A stretch of DNA of 64,000 nt from the NCBI GenBank assembly GCA_049513715.1, contig JBEKVV010000001.1:320001-384000 (forward strand). Reading direction: 5' to 3'. This stretch comes from Candidatus Bathyarchaeia archaeon (GTDB lineage: Archaea; Thermoproteota; Bathyarchaeia; 40CM-2-53-6). The notes below the pieces were generated by a model. It was not told the origin of the DNA. It ran no database searches and saw only the letters and a program-made list of their open reading frames with translations. This document shows, piece by piece, positions 58,976-64,000 of the stretch; positions within the stretch are counted from its first letter, which is position 1, and the number at the start of each line of letters is the position of its first letter. Made by a program: the position numbers and the translations under genes.

Positions 58976-60826
58976 ATGACTATTTCTCGGCAAACCATCG
59001 GCCTAATTCTCCTAGAAGAATGCGACAGCCTCGGGGCTTGGACGAAACAACACACCGCCTCCGCATATCAATCCGTTGACACAACCGATAAACAGTCTGG
59101 CACTGCCTCTTTCCTCACAACATCATCCAATTCGACGAGTCCCTACTATTCATATGGCGCTTTCACTAAACAGTTGAACATGGGGACGGGTGTCGGCAGA
59201 CTCATTCGGATTTTTTACAAGGTCCACAATGCTGGCGTCGGAATAACTGTCGGCGCTTTCGCCGTTTACACAACTGATTGGAAGTCACCTGTGGTCCGTG
59301 TTGGAACCGTCGGGGGCGCGACCACTTGGTCAACTGCAACATATGAAACTCCCGCAGGTAACCCTGAAGGCATACAGAACTGTGAACTCGCCTTCGCCTA
59401 TGCTTTTTCAGGTTCCACCATTCATGCGGATCGTCTCGTAATCTGCCAAAGCAAAAACCTGATCCTAGCGGATCTTGCTGTTGGGCAGACGGTGCTACTC
59501 TACAGGGCCAGCGGCACATTTTTGGACACGCAAACCGTAGCCGCCGGTGCGTCTTCGGTTACGTTCGACGTTTCCGCCGAGAACGTCCCCGAAAACATGT
59601 ACTTCAAAATCTACGCAAGCGACGGCACCACCCTCATCGAAACCACGACCACTTGTGAGATGTGTGGGGGCGACGAATGGACCTGGACCGCTTCGCCGGG
59701 AACTTTGACTTTAGCTGCTGATGCTTTCATTATTCTCGCCTCATCCACAGGTTCTCCCACTGCTGCTCCCTACGTAGTGCGGGCAACGGCTACGCTTAGG
59801 AGACTGAACGGCGACCCCTATACTGGAGAAGCAATTAGCATCATAGTTGGACGCCCCGACGCAGTTACTTATTGTGATTCTAGCCTAACAACTGACTCAA
59901 ACGGGGAAGCATGGTACGAGTTTAATTCCACTGTGGGTGGTCTTCAAGTAGTTGCGGCAATTTGGGGAGGTGACGCCACGGTTCCCGCAGCAACCGTCCA
60001 CGTTGTGGTGCACGTGTTTGCGGCTTTGGAAAAACTGGACAAGAACAAGAACTTTCAGCTATACGTTGAGGGAACCGAGTACGAGTTCAACGGCGGCAAC
60101 TACTACCTTTGCAGCGAGAACGTTCTCGGACAGTTCGAAGTGACGGTTCCAACTTGGCCCGATGTGAAGCCCGTAGTCATGGGGCTTGTTAGCATTTACA
60201 GGAAAGGTGTGAAGGAGTTCGCTGGGGTCCTCAAAATCGTTGAACGCGGTTTACTGCCGAAAACCATTACTCTGACGGGGCCCGACATTTCATGCCTGCT
60301 CGACAGCGTAACCGTAGACTACGAATCCTATTCAGCGAAAACCCCGCAGTATATTCTGAATGATTTGATTACGAAGTTTCCTTGCGGTCTCACGGTTGGC
60401 AACTTGGAAACCTACTCGGGGGATCCGATTAGCCTCGACATATTGAATTTGAAGCTCAGGGAGGCAATCAAGAAGGTTTGTGATGTAGTTGGATGGATCT
60501 ACCGCGTGAACATGGATTACAGCTTCGACGCCGGTTCATCGTTCGGAACCTACAGCAGCGCGGCTTTCGTTGAAGGCGACACCGACAACCCTCTGTTACC
60601 TGGGTGCAGAGTGACCCCGGACTACACAGTTGCCTCCAATGACATTCACAGCCGAGGCGCAGGCGAAGCCAATTCTTCCCTTTCCAGCACAGCCCAAGAC
60701 GCAGCAAGCATCATGGAAATCGGCCCGCAGCAAGCCCCGGTCTTCCAGAAAACTCTGAGCCACCAAGGCACACTTGACACGTCAGCGCGGGCAGAACTGA
60801 AACGCAGAACTCGCCGGACCGCATAA
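58976..60826 (+). CDS. Virion tail/baseplate-hub-like protein with an Ig-like (invasin/Big_1-like) domain
   Basis: Beta-rich, Thr/Ser-rich N-half; TTDSNGEA Ig-like motif; C-half FAGVL..V.....ITLTG.D...LLD..., LREAIKKVCDVVGW.Y.V and NDIHSRG resembles tail hub proteins. No signal peptide. Confidence 0.6.
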   Translation: MTISRQTIGLILLEECDSLGAWTKQHTASAYQSVDTTDKQSGTASFLTTSSNSTSPYYSYGAFTKQLNMGTGVGRLIRIFYKVHNAGVGITVGAFAVYTTDWKSPVVRVGTVGGATTWSTATYETPAGNPEGIQNCELAFAYAFSGSTIHADRLVICQSKNLILADLAVGQTVLLYRASGTFLDTQTVAAGASSVTFDVSAENVPENMYFKIYASDGTTLIETTTTCEMCGGDEWTWTASPGTLTLAADAFIILASSTGSPTAAPYVVRATATLRRLNGDPYTGEAISIIVGRPDAVTYCDSSLTTDSNGEAWYEFNSTVGGLQVVAAIWGGDATVPAATVHVVVHVFAALEKLDKNKNFQLYVEGTEYEFNGGNYYLCSENVLGQFEVTVPTWPDVKPVVMGLVSIYRKGVKEFAGVLKIVERGLLPKTITLTGPDISCLLDSVTVDYESYSAKTPQYILNDLITKFPCGLTVGNLETYSGDPISLDILNLKLREAIKKVCDVVGWIYRVNMDYSFDAGSSFGTYSSAAFVEGDTDNPLLPGCRVTPDYTVASNDIHSRGAGEANSSLSSTAQDAASIMEIGPQQAPVFQKTLSHQGTLDTSARAELKRRTRRTA

Positions 60827-60840
60827 GGAGGCGAATCTGA

Positions 60841-60975
60841 ATGGATGAGTACATTTGCGGCGATTGCGGCGTGAAAGGCGAAGTACCGTTCCGAATTGAC
60901 AGCACTAGACCGTTTTACTGCAAATCATGCCTTGCGAAGCGTCGCCAGAAACGAGACGTAGCCTCGAAGCAGTGA
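60841..60975 (+). CDS. CxxC-x17-CxxC domain microprotein, 44 aa
   Basis: CGDC-GVKGEVPFRIDSTRPFY-CKSC, spacer exactly 17 residues; AGGAGG upstream. Confidence 0.85.
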   Translation: MDEYICGDCGVKGEVPFRIDSTRPFYCKSCLAKRRQKRDVASKQ

Positions 60976-61082
60976 GAATCCTGGACTTGTTCAAGTGCCC
61001 GCATTGCGAGGAACGGTGGCCGTCAAAGGCCTTCTTGAAAGTTCACCTTAGAACCAAGCATCCAAACCCTCCACCCGCCTGA
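60972..61082 (+). CDS. 36-aa C2H2 zinc-finger microprotein
   Basis: FKCPHCEERWPSKAFLKVHLRTKHP; GTGA overlap with the previous stop. Confidence 0.75.
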   Translation: MRILDLFKCPHCEERWPSKAFLKVHLRTKHPNPPPA

Positions 61083-61260
61083 CAGAAAGTCCCGATGTCG
61101 GTACTTTCTCAGTGGGAGTTGTGGGTCTCACAACCTTTCCAGTTCCACCGCAATCGGCGCATTCCTCAAGATACCCGGTAGTTCCCACGATATGCCAATG
61201 CCCAAGAGCTCCTAGGCAAGATATGCAGGTTTCCAATTCTTTCTCAGTCAACCATACCAC
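61048..61260 (-). CDS. Small Zn-finger protein with DnaJ-like CxxCxGxG repeats
   Basis: CISCLGALG...CADCGGTGKV. Confidence 0.6.
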   Translation of the reverse strand: MVWLTEKELETCISCLGALGHWHIVGTTGYLEECADCGGTGKVVRPTTPTEKVPTSGLSVRRVEGLDAWF

Positions 61261-61680
61261 CGAGTCGACCTTCGATCTCGTGGTGACTTAACCGAGGAAC
61301 CTGAGTGAAAATCAACGGTCAGAGATAGATGAAAGAAAAGAAGAACAACTGCGGACTATGCACGCTTATTAGTAGAGAGGAAAATGTTTGATTCCTACAC
61401 TAACCATGCATCCGCCCACAGCGCTCAGAGAAATCACGACCATCAAAGCTAGGCCCATTACGGTCGTTCCTCCGATCGAGCCGACATTAATCATGACGTT
61501 GTAGAGGTAATAGACCAGATCATGCATAAGAACGATCCGGAACGCTTCATCAACGACCGCTCCGTCGAATACCCTGTGTGTCTTGTGATGGTTGTTTCCT
61601 ACACGAATCACACATTTTCAATGAGGCTCTATTCTACACCTAGCACGGAAAAGAGACAAGAAAAAAGAGACGTAGAGACA

Positions 61681-61747
61681 TTAGTACTAATGAGTACTAC
61701 TGAGTACTAATGAAAAGGATGGGAAAAACTAATGGAAAAGATGGAAC
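61681..61747. repeat. Three 10-bp tandem repeats (TNAGTACTAN) followed by two imperfect 22-bp-period repeats
   Basis: ttagtactaa/tgagtactac/tgagtactaa; ACTAATGAAAAGGATGGGAA at 61706 versus ACTAATGGAAAAGATGGAAC at 61728. Confidence 0.65.
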
Positions 61748-61869
61748 ATGTTGTCGGCTAACAATTCGACCGCCTCATGTATCACATGAGCGGTTTCCTT
61801 GGCTTCTTGTAATACCTTCTTACCCGACATGATATGCGCCACGACTATTCAATGTGCGAGTCGCTTATT

Positions 61870-62310
61870 TTATGCTTTCTTCTGAGTCTTAATGGAGGCA
61901 GCATAAAAGGCAGCTCCGATTATAAAGAGTAAAACCCCTGCGACCAAGGTTTGAACCCGCAATTCAATGATTTGTTGACCGGGATAGGTCTGTCCAGTCG
62001 CGGCAAAATAGAAGGCTCGAATACTCCAAGTAATCAGAAAGCTTGCAATCAGACTGCCTATGACTGCTCCTAGCCCTCTAGTTTTCGTCAGCCCTTTTCG
62101 ACGGTCAAGTGTGATGAGCGAAGCCGCTACAAATACGCAGCTCAGAATCCAAGGGGTCTGTAATATGAGCACGGCCGTTATGATGGGCTCTCCATTTTGG
62201 AGGGCATAGGACACAACCCCCCCAGTCCGATATGAATCGGCAATCGTAACAATTATCGCAATGAGACCTAGGAATCCTATAATCACATCAAATAATGATT
62301 TCCCTTTCAA
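61870..62310 (-). CDS. Four-TM membrane protein (element cargo)
   Basis: Four hydrophobic segments. Confidence 0.7.
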   Translation of the reverse strand: MKGKSLFDVIIGFLGLIAIIVTIADSYRTGGVVSYALQNGEPIITAVLILQTPWILSCVFVAASLITLDRRKGLTKTRGLGAVIGSLIASFLITWSIRAFYFAATGQTYPGQQIIELRVQTLVAGVLLFIIGAAFYAASIKTQKKA

Positions 62311-62491
62311 CGGGCAATGCCCCGAAGCATGGATATGGGAGTTGAAGAATTACCTAAAACTGCTTCGAAAGGGCTATCCGACGGTTTTTTACAGCCCTAA
62401 CCATCCGACACCAACTTGAGACAGCCTACCTGAAAGCCCAAGAAAAGAGACGGTCAAAAAAAGAGGAAAGAAAAGACGGGAGGCTAAGTTT

Positions 62492-62851
62492 TCAGCGTTT
62501 GCTCTCAGCCTTCTCCCGGGCCTTGTACATTTCGTTGAGGAAGCGTAGGTTCTCGGCTCCCGCGGTGTCCGGTTTCTCGCCCTTCGCGTCCTTGAAAATT
62601 TCATCCATATTATTTAGGAGACGTAGCCATTTCTGGTCTTTCCGAACCAGCAGCGCGGCGTTTTCCTCTAAGACGGTTTTGATTCCCTCAAGGATCGCCA
62701 TGTCCAAACTAGGGAAGCGCCCATGATTCACCAAGTCACACATGGCCGAGTATGCTAATTCCGGTAGAAGAAAACCGTTCAAGAGCCAGTGATTGACGCC
62801 ATACCAGGCTACCGTGCTATAGTGGCTTCTCGGTTTAGATTTCTTGCTCAT
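62492..62851 (-). CDS. Hypothetical protein
   Basis: Start placed at MSKKSKPR, an ATGA overlap with the SWIM gene; GGAGGTGA Shine-Dalgarno upstream. Confidence 0.65.
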   Translation of the reverse strand: MSKKSKPRSHYSTVAWYGVNHWLLNGFLLPELAYSAMCDLVNHGRFPSLDMAILEGIKTVLEENAALLVRKDQKWLRLLNNMDEIFKDAKGEKPDTAGAENLRFLNEMYKAREKAESKR

Positions 62852-63147
62852 TCTGATTTCACCTCCGCGGGTTTCCGGTGGACCGCGAGATACGCGGCCA
62901 TCCAATGTTTACACGGCAAGCCGGTTACGCTGCCTCTGTGGGTCCAGTCGGGGCAATCGCATGACCGGCCTACTAGGTCCACTTGGTAGGTTTTCGCTGG
63001 GTTGCTTTGACTTCGCACTAGGAACATGCCTGGACCGTTTTCCTCTACGAGATCCACGAGGTTTACGGCTCGGTCTAGGCGGGTGCTTACGCGGAAGAAG
63101 TCGAGTAGTTCTTTCTCGGTTGTTTCGTTCAGAATGAAGCTAGCCAT
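62848..63147 (-). CDS. SWIM zinc-finger protein
   Basis: FLVRSQS..YQVDL...CDCPDW...PCKH. Confidence 0.88.
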   Translation of the reverse strand: MASFILNETTEKELLDFFRVSTRLDRAVNLVDLVEENGPGMFLVRSQSNPAKTYQVDLVGRSCDCPDWTHRGSVTGLPCKHWMAAYLAVHRKPAEVKSE

Positions 63148-63197
63148 AGTGTTTATCCCTGCACACTATAGGTATAAGCATAAACTATTTAACCGTT

Positions 63198-63443
63198 GTG
63201 TATGAATACACAGTACAGATGCCTATGCGATACAAGAACGGAGAAAGACCCAAACACATCACAGAGTGCCTACGCAAGTCTGCCCCTAGAGACCTATCCA
63301 TCGAGGAAATCTCCAAAGAAACCGGCATTCATAGAAACACCGTCTCGAAGTATGTCTACAGTCTGGAGAAAGAGGGCAAGATCGTTTTGACCCGCCAAGT
63401 TGGAGGCGCGAAGTTCTACACGGTCAAAGAGGGTAAGGGTTAG
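63198..63443 (+). CDS. Winged-helix DNA-binding protein
   Basis: LSIEEISKETGIHRNTVSKYVYSLEKEGKI...QVGGAKFY; divergent from the SWIM gene. Confidence 0.85.
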   Translation: MYEYTVQMPMRYKNGERPKHITECLRKSAPRDLSIEEISKETGIHRNTVSKYVYSLEKEGKIVLTRQVGGAKFYTVKEGKG

Positions 63444-63446
63444 GGT

Positions 63447-63617
63447 TTGGAGTCCATCTTGGCCTTCAAGTTAAGCGGCGAATGGATCGACGGCGCCAAG
63501 AAACGAATCGAGATCGCCCACCAAACCCGCCTCAGCAACCCACGCCTAAGCGTCGACATTCTCCTGGAAGTGGTGGGTGAGTTGCTTAAGCGGTTGCCCA
63601 CTGAGACCGAGACCTGA
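63447..63617 (+). CDS. Possible 56-aa hypothetical protein
   Basis: TTG-started ORF fills the gap between the wHTH gene and the integrase stop. Confidence 0.4.
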   Translation: MESILAFKLSGEWIDGAKKRIEIAHQTRLSNPRLSVDILLEVVGELLKRLPTETET

Positions 63618-63623
63618 ATTTCT

Positions 63624-63998
63624 CTAGGCCTTCTTGTCTTTCGGTGTCTCTTTCCGTTCGCTTGGCACAAACGGGTGTCCCTTTTCGTCGCTCACTATGA
63701 AGCCTGAGGTGGCTTGGAGCATTCGAACCGCTAAGCGCAACTGCGCAACTTCCTCTTTGAGGGTTTTGACTTCTTCGCCGCTTGCCATTGCGGGACCGTA
63801 GACTTGCCGGAGTTCGCCCCACATCCAGGGTTCATCGTTGTAGCATTGAATGTACCCTTTCTGATCCAAGATATGGCCCAGCGCGAACTCTGAGGCCTCA
63901 AACGAAATCTTCTGCAAAGTGCATCTGGTCCTGAAACAGTCTCGTAGGTCATGCAACGTGACTCGTGCTTTAGGTGGAGGAATCGGCGCCCTTTTCAG
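63624..63998 (-). CDS. Tyrosine recombinase/integrase, C-terminal part (runs off the window end)
   Basis: Frame is open to the window end: ...RVTLHDLRDCFRT...EFALGH...KGYIQCY, matching the HxxR...GH...Y catalytic motifs. Confidence 0.88.
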   Translation of the reverse strand: MKRAPIPPPKARVTLHDLRDCFRTRCTLQKISFEASEFALGHILDQKGYIQCYNDEPWMWGELRQVYGPAMASGEEVKTLKEEVAQLRLAVRMLQATSGFIVSDEKGHPFVPSERKETPKDKKA

Positions 63999-64000
63999 AG

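Larger units (their letters stand above)
54500..64000. mobile_element. Integrated Cdc6/Orc1-encoding element (provirus remnant, integrative plasmid or satellite); extends past the window end
   Basis: Abrupt switch from core genes to orphan, tightly coupled small ORFs; divergent regulators, a replication initiator, a tail-like gene and a tyrosine integrase. Left boundary is approximate; no att site seen. Confidence 0.88.

Noticed and set aside
61681..61747. Mini-CRISPR array
   Set aside because: The repeats are too short and lack unique spacers. No CRISPR array or cas genes were seen anywhere in the window.

Overview
Archaeal chromosomal segment. Gene content and style point to a TACK archaeon, most likely Bathyarchaeia (inference). 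Bases 1-25 kb are mostly accessory, envelope and stress genes: a BlaI-family repressor with its Zn-peptidase, a MacB-type ABC exporter, surface proteins, a DinG/XPD helicase, a JAMM protein and an SPFH/HtpX cluster. Bases 25-54 kb are core genes (rps10, EF-1a, rps7, SRP RNA, pyrH, aRF1, glyA, rps11, PolB, dnaG, gap, tyrS, pheS/T, trpS, map, 5S rRNA, thiolase, ychF). From about 54.5 kb to the window end lies an integrated mobile element: divergent regulators, Cdc6/Orc1, many micro zinc-finger genes, a tail-hub-like protein and a tyrosine integrase. The most striking signals are in non-coding DNA. A tRNA-Trp(CCA) gene appears to be split by FIVE bulge-helix-bulge (BHB) introns, and a tRNA-Leu(CAA) gene by three. 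An AACTAC-N5-GTAGTT operator occurs three times and may define an archaeal BlaI regulon. An unexplained structured element of about 157 nt sits between pheT and tyrS. All calls come from manual reading and motif recognition; no database searches or folding programs were run.
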